Of a stretch of 64,000 nucleotides of DNA, positions 37,501 to 50,271 are shown piece by piece. The stretch spans positions 29,886,001-29,950,000 of the forward strand of contig OZ249436.1 of NCBI GenBank assembly GCA_965235115.1, read 5' to 3'. The DNA is from Laetmonice hystrix. Taxonomy: Eukaryota. The stretch's first letter is position 1. The number at the start of each line of letters is the position of its first letter. The notes under the pieces were generated by a model. That model saw nothing but the letters and a program-made list of their open reading frames with translations. It searched no databases and had not been told where the DNA came from. The translations under genes and the position numbers were made by a program.

Positions 37501-38046
37501 AGGAAATATGTCACGGGGGTATCGACTGAAATCTTCAGTTTTCTCCTTTCCTGCTCACCACTGACGTGCTTTATGGCACTGATTGTTTTTCATATTGATT
37601 CTGTTAACACATACTACGAGTAGACAGCTGTGAAATTCTCCCTAATGTGGAAAAATGAATAAAACTAGATTCAGTGTCCGTAAAGTGCGGTAAATCCGCC
37701 ATCTAAGTAAATAACAAATAAATAAAAAATAAACAAATAAATAAATAAATAGGTAAATAACAAATATATAAAATGATAGTGGGACTATAATGGCCCATCC
37801 GCTGATCGTGTGAAAAAGGTGCAAAACACAGCCGGCTGCAAATCCCGGGGTCTCGGAATCTAGGTGTGTCATTTTCAGTGACTGAATTAAGACTATTAAT
37901 AATGGGCGATTTCTTTTCTTTTTACAAAATACCAGCCAAAGCTACATAAACATGTAGGGGACCTTTGGGGCATATCGGAGAACCCCAATGCAAACATATT
38001 TTTGCTAAAACACGACGTATTATTTGAAATTCGTGACATATTACCT
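37501..38046. mobile_element. Kolobok-like non-autonomous element
   Basis: TTAA|aggaaatatgtcacg ... cgtgacatattacct|TTAA (14/15 TIR match). Related subterminal sequence also follows ttaaaggg at about 21820 and 48818. Confidence 0.75.
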
Positions 38047-40369
38047 TTAAACCATCTCCCAATTAACAGACATGCCATGTTTCACCAACGAGACTAGACT
38101 AGTCTCGATCGTTGGTTTCACGTATTGAGCGTGAGACCATTTGGCCAATCCCCCCTCCCTCCAATTAAACCACTCGGCACACCGCAACTGACTAACGTCA
38201 TGTCTTGGCTGTAGGCTAGCTACGACGAATAGGTCGCCATGTTGGGGGTGGGGGCACTCGGAACACCGACGCTGTCCTATACGGTGACACCGTGCCGAAA
38301 ATGGAACACTTTCCACTTAATGAGCCGGTGTCGGAAATTACAGAGTTAGAATGTCTGGTTTGCTCGCAGGTGAAGGAGAGACTGCCTTGCCTCTACGGTA
38401 AAATTTCGAGAAGGATAGGTAAGTTGAGAAATAAGATTAGAACTATATGTGCCTGTGCGTAGGGGGGAAATTCCACTGTTAATTTACTGCTCATCGCTAC
38501 ATCTGCGATGCCGCTTTACGACTTTGCGGAAATCCTGGAGAAATGGCCACTTCATACATCCGAGGCCTGCTTCGCCTCCGGATATGACCTAGAAACAGCG
38601 AATCAGAAGCAGCGGCCGAGTGAGCCAGACCAGCCAGCAAAGATACAGCCTTGATCATCACGCCCTCTGTTGGCATCCAGAGACGGCGTCCCAATCTGGC
38701 AAAGATGCAACTCATGCTGTCTCCTCGATAGATGGCGTGCCTGTGTACAAAACAGTCTGCATGCGGGACCACTGAGAGAGGTGTGTCAGCATGTGACCAA
38801 AAAAAAGACGACTCCGATTGGCGACTCTCTCGTCGGAAAGTGTGACCTCACTGAGCGATGGACGGTCGACGGTGTTGTGTTGAAAGAAACCGAAGTCCAT
38901 TTTTGGCCTAGAAATCTTGCCTAATTCACTGTTTTCATTCACTGGTCCTAGCCCAAACAGCAGCCATGACAAGCACGGGTTTTGATACAGACTGTTTGAA
39001 CAGGACACGGTTGCTGCAAACCTGCTAGGCCTACTTGCCCCACCCCCATAAAATAATTGCCATCAATATCATGATTCTCCCCCCCCCCCCCAAGAATAGA
39101 TTTCATCCAACTTCATCAGAGAACGACGGCATCTGCCTGTCTCATTCCAGGCGGCGGTATCATATTTCAAAATAACACCAACTGGGGGGCATTTTTTTCA
39201 CTCAATTCTTTAAATTTGCGATGCTTGAAGAGGGGCCTGAATGCACCGGTGACATTTCTGGGCATGAACCTTTCATATTTTACCTGTGTGAAACGTGAAG
39301 CCATTTCAGGGGGGGGGGATCCCTCGTTTTGATAAGTGGGGAGAGGGCACCTAAAAACTGCTACTGTAGGCTACTAATACATCTTCATCACTAAAAAGAA
39401 GGAAAATATAGGGGACTGACCCCCTGGCTTTCTGGACCCCCACTATGTTTGGCCGGCGACATGCAGAGACCGGAGGGCTTTTAGGCCTACATTCTTGGTC
39501 TAACCTTAGAAACTGCCTTAGGGACATTGACGCCATATCGTAATGGGTGCAGTTCTTGACAATCAAAATCTAAAATATAGACACTATACATGTAGGGTAG
39601 ATTCAGGTTGACCGAGACAGCAGGTTGACCGAGACACCTAAGCAAAGACGCCTTAAAGTGTAATAAGGATCTGAAATTAATGGTACTTTTTTCTTTCGAA
39701 AGAGCATCATTGAAACTTCTTGTAGATCATCCCCTGCAAGCTTTGTGAAAATAAAAAGCTTTTTATTAAATATACCCACATTTATATCTCCATATCCTAC
39801 GACAGTCTTGGAATCTCACTAATCCTCGGCAATCTTCGGTAAACTCCGGTGTGTGACGTGTCAACATGTGCAGAGCTGCCATTATGACTGTGACCGTAGT
39901 AGGCTAAAGTCGGCCGTGTGTTGTTTTCGGGATATGCCTTACATGATCATCCTCAAATTCCATTGCCATGGAGGTAAATCCAGGTGTCAAGGACAATGAG
40001 TGGAGTAAACGAGTAAATAGATGGCGGTGTGCCGCAATGTTGTGGTATAGAGAAGCATAGACAATCATGTGGGCGTGTATCGTTGGCCAAACAGGACCGG
40101 TCTCCCGTCAGCTGGTCAGGCTCAGGCACAAAACTTGTGAACAGGACCATTAGGCTACTGGACCAAGGTCCAAGCAGTCTGTCCTAACATGTTAACCCAA
40201 GAGTAAACGACCAAGGCAAGCAGAAAACTAGATACGTTGTGGTGATACCACAATGGATCCCATCCCCGGGGTGTCTCGTCCAACATGTTAAGAAAAGCGA
40301 TAACAACGGTGCTATCATGCACCCGTGACGACGTATAAGTCTTAGAAGATGCAAATTATGTCATTATGA

Positions 40370-41042
40370 CAAATGAAAGAACATATATTATGTAACTTCC
40401 TATTAGTGTTTAATGGTAACTCTGGTTCTAACCTCAACAATTAACAAGTTATATCCCTGAGACAATATGGATGACATCGTTATGGCGTCATGTCACGTGA
40501 CCCTAAAAAAATTATGGTCCCCAATGAAAGAACATATATGACTTCCTTTTAGTGTCTAATAGTAACCATGGCTCTAACTTCAACCAATTACTAGTTATAT
40601 CTCTGGGAAAATATGGATGACATCGTTATGACGTCATAGGTCACATGACCTGAAAAATAATGGTGCCAAATGAAAGAGCATATATGACTTCCTATTAGTG
40701 TTTAATAGTAACTATGGCTCTAACTTCAACCATTTACAAGTTATATCCCTGAGAAAGTATGGTTGACATCGTTATGACGTCACAGGTCACGTGACCTGAA
40801 AAATAATGGTGCCAAATAAAAGAGCATATAGGACTTCCTATTCGTCTTCAATAGTAACTATGGCCCTATCTGGCACTGTTTAGAAGTTGTAGCCATAAAT
40901 AGCTAAACTGACCACTGTTGAAGACTTCAAGGTCACGTGATTCAGCGAATATAGTTCAAATTGCTTATCCCTGGATGATTCTATTAAAGCACTTGTTAAA
41001 GAGTGTTCCCGCCTAATATTGTAAAATTTTACAAAAAAAAAT

Positions 41043-41073
<31 letters not shown>

Positions 41074-41095
41074 AAGAAGAAGAAGAAGAAGCGAT
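40370..41095 (+). repeat. Interspersed element with 146-bp tandem units and a (GAA)n tail
   Basis: tggtgccaaatgaaagagc-like unit starts at 40515, 40661 and 40807; (GAA)n at about 41045-41090. Related sequence at 3872-4200 and 41349-41700. Confidence 0.75.
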
Positions 41096-41887
41096 TTAAC
41101 CAAATTGTAAGGTGAGGCCCAGTTCTCCCAAAGGTCAAAGGTCAAAGGTCCAAAGAAGGCTCAATTTTAAGTATGACCCATGCCTAATTATAGCACCATG
41201 ATGGGTTTTGGAAATTCTCAATATGAGCTTAAAAAAAATGGCCTCAATGTACAAATCACGTTTGACGTCATAACGTCAGGACGTGACGTCATGACTGAAT
41301 GTATGACCTGTCTTTGTCATGGTCAAGGTGTGTATTCATAATCTTTTATGAGTTACAGCCAGGAATCTTCCAAATGGCCTAACTTTAAAACTTGCAGGTC
41401 AAGTAGTTCAGCGAAAAGAGGTCAAATCCTTAGAAATAATGGTGCCAAACGAAAGATCATATCACTTCCTATTTGTGTACAATAATAAACATGGCCCTTT
41501 AACAGAAGCATCTTCGAGTTATAGCCATAGATACCTAAACTGGGCACTGTTCAAAATTTCAATGTCACGTAACTCCGCGAAAATAGGTCAAATCGCTTAT
41601 CCTTGGATAACTATTGAGAAGCTCTTGACAAGAGTCTTGTCAGAGAGTCCTTCTGCCAAATATTGTCAAGTTTTATAAAAAAATGAAGAAGAAGTAGGGT
41701 TGTAACCGATTTACGACCTAGGAACCAGTTCTCCTTAAGGTAGGGGGATGGGATAATAAGAAATCAGCCAATCAAAAGCGTCAACATAAAAAAAGATGTT
41801 AAAAAAGAAGGCAAAGGCTTCTAAACCTCATTCAAAGACGAGACACCGTACAGTACACATCGGAAGAGTCAAACAATTGTGAACACA

Positions 41888-43015
41888 ATGGCTGATCTTG
41901 GACATGATGCAAGTGGATCTCTTTTTAACTATGTAAAACATGACGATACCATTAGCAATATCAACTGGGTGGTATACAGACCTGTGGGACAGCTGAATTA
42001 TGGAGGAGCAGTAGAATTTAACGTTTCTGGAAACAGTGCTCAGTACATCGATTTAAAGAATACCCGTTTGAGGGTCACCTTCAGAATCCTCCAAGGAAAT
42101 GACCAGGGATTGCCATCACCAAACCCTACCGGGACCAACACTGAAACCCCTCCTCTGGCCAAGGTAGCACCGATTAACCTCATAGGTCAATCCCTCTGGA
42201 ATCAGGTGTCGTTGAGCCTGCAACAAGTGAACGTGTCTACATCCATCGGAGGCCAATATACCTACAAGGCCTATTTTGACACCCTACTCGGTTCAACTTA
42301 CACGGGCTCCACATCCATACTCTAAAGTCAGCTGTTTGCCAAAGATACTTCATCAAACCCAGACCCTATCGACGGTACGAATTCAGGCCTTATCTGGTAA
42401 CGTATGTTTACGGACGAAAGCGGGCTGGTGACTGTGGAGGGTCCCCTTCATTTGGGAATCTGCCAACAATCGCGTTATCTTATTAACGGGTTCAAGCTAA
42501 CTTCAAGTTCTGGCCGAATACCGACGCGTTTCGACTGATGAGTCCCAATCCCGATGCTGACTTTAAAGTGGACATTACTGATGCAGTGTTGAGAGTGCGA
42601 CAAGTAGAGATGAACCCCCAAGTCATGATCGCCCATTCAGAAGCATTACAGCAATCAAATGCAAAATACTTCTTTGAACGGACTGAAATGAGTTCGTATG
42701 CCATTGCAAAGGGACAATACTCTGCTCCTTTCGAAGACATGTTTCAGTCCTACGTCCCAAATAAGGTCGTTTTGGGTCTTGTGTCCTCAGAAGCATTAAT
42801 TGGAAAATACAATAAAAACCCCCTTTAGTTCGACCATTATGATTGGAACTTTGTGGGGCTGTACGTCAACGGAAAGGCCACGCCATTTGAACCCCTAACT
42901 CCGAACTACAAAGAAAAGGACTACCTGCCGGCCTACATGACTCTGTTTGGGGACAACTACGAGAACGACTCTGGAAGTATCATAAACAGACTGGACTATC
43001 CTAAAGGATCCTTTA
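41888..43015 (+). pseudogene. Polinton/Maverick major capsid protein pseudogene, copy B
   Basis: Near-identical to 4398-5516. Shares two stops and the frameshift with A, lacks A's stop at about 4773, and has its own TAG at about 42826. Confidence 0.8.
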
Positions 43016-43749
43016 GAACAGGAGGATACCTTTATGGTAAGTGGACTTTCGATTCGATGTGTATAAAGCAGCCCGTTTAAAGTAACCACATTAACAAATG
43101 GCAACATCAACGGTTAAAAACTGACAGTGTCTTTTCTTCTGTAAAGCCCCAGTCACATCTAGTCGTACGAATTTTGGATCGCATGATAGGCAGGGGTAAT
43201 CGGGGATCGTGAGGTGTCAGGGGCATGTCGTGGAATCGCTCTACGATTATGAGATAGCGGTCACACACTAAAGATTAGTTTGCGACCATGTTGTCATCTG
43301 TAGCACAAATGCTCATAGGATTTCTCGCAGGAATTATCCAGAGAAAGCGTGCGATTAGCTAAGATTACCTATGACTGTCAAGGAACAATCGTATGAAGGG
43401 TCAGGTTTACTCGTCCGATAGTCGTGGGAATAACTGTGCAATAGCAACTAGTCGCAGGACAAGTTGTGTGATGGTCTTGTGATGACTGTGCGAGTGTCAC
43501 TAGCCACGATAAGGCACGACCACCCCCGACCATCGCAGGACTATATAAGAACGTAAAAAAATCGTAGACATGTTCAAAATCGTAGACTGGATTTTGAACA
43601 TGTTCAAAATCTGCGCCACGCGACAAATTTCACCTCCCGACCTCGATATACGGATATACGGCGATTTATTGCGTTTGGTCATCGTAGGTACTCATAAACC
43701 CATCGTAACCACTCGTATCCCCTAGTGTGACTTTTAAATAGCCGGGTGA

Positions 43750-46700
43750 CGATGCAGATCACCTGATATGTATAGACGATGCGTCGGCACGAGCTGGACT
43801 TTGTAAGTATTTCTTTCATGCTGAATGATGGGGTATGGGGGATTGAAGTAGAAGGGTTTGTGTGAATTTGTGCTACATGGACAAGGCAGTAATGTGCCGT
43901 TATTTTTAACAGGACGTTGAGGTTGTCAACCTACGCGTGCCAACGCGTGGCGAGTCCAACTCGTGTGCCGCTGCTGATGAGGCCCATCTGCCCCCCAGAA
44001 AATGTAGGCGATTTGTGGAGTATTATCCCCCGGCACCAGCTGACAGTGATGACCCCAGCCAGGCGGTCGCAGCCCGACACCACCACCACCACCACCACCA
44101 CCACCACCATTCTATACCCTCCGACAACACCACCAGAGAACATTCATGAACTCTGGAGCGACGGACATGACCTTTGAATACGTTTTCATCCAGACGTCTT
44201 TGGAACACAACTCTCAGATTTCTTATTACGTTTGGGAGATATGTTTACTGAGGATTTGTCCCAAGTGACGGCTGGATTAGAAGACGATGACTTAGGTCGT
44301 GTCGTCATACATCACCTTCCCTGGCGACTCCTATCGTCGTATCCCTGCCTCCTCTCCAGCATTTAACAGCTCAAGCGATCTTGGAAACTATTCAGGCCTT
44401 TCTCAATAGCAACGAAGGACTCGTCCTTGACGCCAACTTTAAAATAGACGTAGGTACCATTCGCCTTGTTCGAGGAGCAGCTAGTGACACACCCATCACA
44501 AAATTATCTGGACCTGGTAACTCTGTACACATCAAAAACTCTTTAATAGAAATTGTTAATGAAGACAATATCTGCATGTCGCTATCCATAGCTGTGTGCT
44601 GGGCTGTCACTGTGTGTCGAACGCTGAATGGAACGAGGCTACCTTTGGCGAGGCGGGGGATAGATTATCTCTTGCCTTGAGGTTGAAAATGGTATCAAAA
44701 TGGCTGTATGTTGTGATGTGTGTGAGGTAGAATTCCTCAGTGTAGGATAATTCCAATCCGCCAGCTGGCGCTGTGGTCTTATGGTAGTTAAATGTCCCGC
44801 AGTAGGAGGTTCCGGGTTCTCAGTGAGACCAGAAAGTTCCCGTAATAGTTGGAAATTAGAAAGTTCTCAAACAACTAGAATTATCCAGTGACAGTCGAAC
44901 ATTCTACAACGAGAAGGTTCTTTAACTGAAGGTATATAAGCTGGTAGAACTGATGATGCGTTGAGATCTAACAGAGAGTGTAGTTTAGACTAACTTTAGT
45001 GACTACGTTGGAACAAGACCTGATTGACGATTGTGAGACTGTATTATCGCTCAGTGTGGGATTACGAATGCTGTCATATTTGGGCGTTGAGCTGTAACGT
45101 GGACAGTAGATTATAGCCTAGGGCTACGGGTCTTCAATTCGTGTGCTACTGAAGTTGGCGACTTCAATAGGAAGATTTATCCACGGAGGAAAACAACTGG
45201 AACTTTATGTGAACTTTGGATTTACGTGTTGGCATTGTGCTTGTGAAATCCACGGAGGAAACAAACTGGAACTTTATTCGAACTCTGATTTGGATTTACG
45301 TATGGACTGAGAACGTTCTGGAATTGCAGACGGGACAATAGACCACAATAGATGGTAGGAACATTCCAGAAGGTAAAACACTTGGGTTTTATGATTGTGA
45401 ATCAGACCTTATTTTGTCGTCATCGTGTAACTGTGAGGATTCATTAAATTGTTTAAAATTCAATTCTGGGTGGTTGTCATCTACTGCCGTTGGCCACGTA
45501 ACAATGTTAATATCCGAACCAAAAGCAGAAAAGAACAGAAAAACTTGACAGCAAAACTATGTGATCTTGCAGGCGTGAGTCCTGACGTTCCTGCCACCTT
45601 AAATGATATTCCAAAGTTTGAGGCTCTGTTGGGAGCAGGCCTACGTATCGCCGTTGTCAGTGCCAGAACAAATTTTTGCTTGTACCCATAAGGAAATATG
45701 GGATCCTTTACTTTTTTTGTACCACATTCAGCAGTGTGGAGATCATCTCGGACATTTCCATGCTATCGGTAGGATCAAAGGCATATTTAACTGTAGTTAT
45801 TTTTGTGATTCGTGTTTAAAACCCTACTCTAACAAAGGGAAACATGCCTGCGATCAGTACTGCATCGTATGCAAGTCCAAATGTCCCCCCTCGGCTGAAC
45901 CGATGTCTTGTTTTTGGTGTCACATGACTTGCCACAGTATGACGTGCTTCCTCAAACATAAGGAAACTCGCCATGGCGTTGATGGGTCTTCACAGTGTGA
46001 CAGGTATTACAGATGTACATCCTGTTATACTGTGATTGACACCGACAAACGTAGAGTAGAGAAACATCGGTGTGGTGAATGGATATGTCAGACGTGCGAT
46101 CATTATGTTGTAGGATCGCATCATTGTTATCAGCGTCCTATTCCCCTAAAACAGATAGATACCTTTTAATACATGTTTTTTGATTTTGAGGCAACCCAAG
46201 ATGTTAGAACCGAGTGTTCTGAGGGTTATGCCGTCAAACGTTATTCTAATTGTACAGAGAAACCTTGTATCAAATGTAAAAGATGTATTCATTGTAACGA
46301 TCCCTCCTGCGGTGTATATACCCATATTCCTAACTATGTAGTAAGTCAAAAAGTATGTCAAGACTGTGTTGATAGTCTGATTTGCAACAAATGTAACTGT
46401 TGTGGGGATAGATGTTCCTCGTGCCACAAGTGGAATTTAAAAGACAAATGTTATGCTACCCCTCCTTGTGAAGATTGTGGTGGTAGACAGCGTGTATTTG
46501 AATTAGACAACACCGTAAGTCAGTTTTGTGAATATCTCTTTGATACTCAACACAATTTATATACAACTGTTTTGGCTCATAACCTTCGTATCTCGGTTAT
46601 GACGGTTTCTTCATTCTTCATTATTTGTTAGATCAATCTATGTTTCCTGATCACAATATATATTCAGGTTCAAAAATTATGCACATGTCTGTAGGAGGTG

Positions 46701-48342
46701 GTCTGTCTATTCGCCTCATTGACATCTTAAATTTCTTCTCCGTCAAATTAGCTGCTTTACCTAAAGCATTTGGTTTGACGGAGTTGACGAATGGGTGGTT
46801 CCCTCACTTTTTTAATACAGTAGACAACCAAAACTACAAATGTATATCGGCCCCTTTCCTGAACCTCGGTTTTATGGACACGACATGATGTCGTGTGAGG
46901 AGCGCACCAAGTCTTTGACTTGTCATGCGGGTCAAACACACACCTTTAATTTCAGAAAAGAAAGGAAAGCCTATTGTGTGTCTGATGTCACCATACTGAG
47001 AGAAGCCTGTATGCGTTTTCGTCAGTTGATGCTCAATGTCACGAGTGAAAAACGTGAGGAGGAGAATGAGGATCAGGAACCGGTAACAGTACTTTACGGC
47101 ATTGATCCGTTCAGATACGTCACCATCACCAGTGTATGTATGCGAGTATTTAAAGGTAAATTCTTTTCTGAACATGTGGAGATTCAAGCTAAACATAAGA
47201 AAACTGGTGTCGGAAAGACATGCCGCAGGATTTGTAAGGAGGACAGTTGCGTGTATCTTTTGGAAAATGTTGAATTAACATCTGAACAATTCGATGAGGA
47301 TTGGGAATATGATCTCGAATCCACCATTTTAAAATCAAATATAGCTCAAGTCCCTACATCTGGCTATGGTGTCGATCAGTACAGTGCCGAATCCATCCAT
47401 TGGCTTGAATGGTTGAATCACCATCACAACCTGTCGATTCAACATGCTTTAAACGGGAAAGAGCACTGCGTACCTGGGTCAAAATATAAATTGGACGGTT
47501 TTGACAGAGTGACGAACACGGCTTATGAGTTTTATGGCTGCATATTTCATGGATGCCCACAATGTTTCCCCGACCATCAAATGAAACACCCGCTCACTCG
47601 ACAATCCTACAAGGAGCTAATACACACAGACTATGAAACGTGAGAGTGATTTGAAAGGTCGAGGATACAATGTGGTGTCCATCTGGGAATGTGATTTTCA
47701 CCGTGAAATGAAAGAAAACTCGGTCTTGTCCGACTTTGTCAAAACTTTAGACATTCAGTCTCGTCTGAACCCGAGGGATTCCTTCTTTGGAGGCCGAACA
47801 GAGGCGACACAGTTAATGTACAAAACACGTGACGACAAACAAATTAAATATGTTGACTTTACGAGTTTATATCCGTATGTCAACAAGTACTGTGAATACC
47901 CTGTCGGTCACCCTGAAATTATTACACAACCTGGAAATGATTTAAGTTTCTATTTCGGCATGGCCAAGATTAAAATCCTACCCCCACGGAACTTATACCA
48001 TCCCGTCCTCCCTTATCGATCTGTTCAGACGATGACCGGTGTCTGTTGGGTATGTGGTGTACTCTGGAAATACAAAAAGCGGTTGAAAAAGGCTATGTCA
48101 TTGTAAAAGCCTACGAGGTATATCACTGGCATTAGCATTCCATCGTAAAAAGTCCTGGCTTAAGATCCCTTACCAAGTTGTGCCTCAACTCGTTCTGGGG
48201 TAAGTTTGGGCAGCGTCTCAACATGCCCCAATCCGAGTTCATACACGGTTCACAACCAGAACGTTTTTTTCCTTGTTATCAGATCCAACTGTGACTGTAA
48301 TTGACTTCATGATTGTAAACGAAAATGTAATCCATTTGAAAT
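43750..48342 (+). pseudogene. pPolB pseudogene, copy B (interrupted by a solo LTR)
   Basis: Same motifs as copy A. Retains segments deleted in A (for example GLRIAVVSAR and LLFLYHIQQCGDHLGHFHAI). Truncated at the same 3' point. Confidence 0.9.
44712..45503 (+). mobile_element. Solo LTR (792 bp, TG...CA, 4-bp TSD ATGT)
   Basis: ATGT|tgtgatg...cgtaaca|ATGT; empty site ggctgtATGTtaatatcc in copy A at about 7150. TATATAA at about 44933 and ATTAAA at about 45443. Confidence 0.9.
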
Positions 48343-50271
48343 ACGAATGGATATAATGGTCGTGTAAAGCGGGCTATCCACATATAAGCGATTTTACCCC
48401 AAACCGACGATATAGCGTCAGTCGCCCTGGTGGATATTCGAAGCGCCAATGAAAGGATGCACTCTCCGCCGCAAGATGTCACTGCTGTCTGTCTGCTACG
48501 TGCAATGTCTCATGGGAGATTGGAAAGGATGGTCAAGACGTTTGAACGGTTGACCTTCAAACAAAGAAGTTTCAGTGGTCTATATCATGATATATGTTCT
48601 TGACACATGGCCCTATTATTTACCATTGGGCCTTTCTGAAAATCAACGTGATCAAACGAAATTGTTTTTACATCTTATGTGACAGTTTTAGACTTGTACC
48701 AAGTAGGCTACCAATGTTTAATTTTTCAGTAGTCAGGCTGATAGATCCATTTCAACGTCAGATCGGCCTATATTTGATTATTGTGTTTAACTTCTGATAC
48801 ACTCGACGGTATACATTAAAGGGCCCTCACACAAAAAATATGTCTGCATTGGGGTTCTCCGATAATATCCTCTACCTTTCTGTGTGGTCTTGGCATAAAT
48901 AAATAGCCTAAATTCTAAAAGTCGCCAAATCTTATTTCAGCCCGAAAAAAACCTACTTAGCTTCCGAGACCCCGGGAGTTGTTTTTCATATTCCTATGAA
49001 TATTGACAGCTTTATTCTCGGGAAAATCACAGCTTTTTTAAAATTCTGGGACTTCATTCGTTGCGCACAGTTACAAACGTTGTGCTCTGCACAACAACAA
49101 CAACAACAACAACAACACAACGTTGAAACGGTGGCTTTCATTGCGTTTGCGTGCACTCGACTAGTTTTTGTAATGTTTTCCACCATTAGGGGGTTATTTC
49201 ACAGCTTGTTCACTTGTTCTTATCTCTCCGTTCTTATCTCAAGGCGCTTTTATTTATTATTAGACCTTTCTGGTAATCAAAATTTAATGAAATTACGGTA
49301 TCTAATGGGCCCGTATAGACCGATATTTCACACCCGCCATCTTGCGCATTGCCATTGCATGTTTTAGGTAACAATTACATTTTAATAGCATCAAATGTGG
49401 AATTTGAAAAGATATAGATCTGGGCCTATTATGTTTGTTCTGGCATAGATCTATTCGTAAATGCTCCCTCATTCATTCAACGACAGTTGCACCTGCTGTA
49501 GCAATGAAGGCCATGATCTTAGCTCTACAATGGTGTTACTTTGACTTGTATAGATCCATATATTACTTAACCCTTTCATGGTCACTGTCCTCAATTGAGG
49601 ACACCACCTCTTGCACAGCGTCCTCGGACACTTCATTAAACTGTGTTAATTATACAAAATGAAACAGCCACCTTACAAGTTGTTACTTTTTCTAAATTCG
49701 TGCATGTTAAACTGCGGATAATGCGTGGATAGCAGCATCGTGTCGGTGGATAGATCTAGGCCTACGCAAAATCTAGCATCGTTGGGTATAAACGCTGACC
49801 AACCGATGTGGACCATCCCTCGTGTTGACGTTCAACGGGCGTCGGTTTTCCATCGTTTACACCAGAAATGCACGCTAATTTTTATGAATCGCGCCTGCAG
49901 TCAGTGCTGTAATCTGATTGGTGTACGGGGTACCGAACTAGGTGGAAAACAGTTGTACCCCAAAGGAAAACGGGTGTACATGCGGTATTTAAGTCAATGC
50001 TAGACTAGAGGGAGATTCCCTTTCACACCCGGAAGTCACGTGATCACGCGTCATCATCGCCCGACCGCGGCCAACTCAAATATCCTGTGGGCCGCTCGCT
50101 AATTCTGAGCTACGTATTTGCGAGAGATTTGGCATATTTTCCTTACTAAATACTGGTCGCTGGGCCATAACAGTCTCACATGATGTTACTGGGAGTCTAA
50201 GGTATGCGAATCATATTATGTTTCTAACACTGCCATAAATCGAAAAAATGAATTTTACGACTCCCTTTAAA

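Noticed and set aside
38500..38930. Possible Merlin/ISXO2-like transposase N-terminal remnant
   Set aside because: Only vague motif echoes across several frames (LLAS..., SIDG, KKT...GDS); no TIRs or DDE core found. Needs tBLASTn.
21346..41348. Numerous 60-140 aa ORFs in the track outside the METTL27-like exons
   Set aside because: No recognisable domains. They overlap MITEs, introns or antisense strands, and are often frameshifted between the two duplicated copies.
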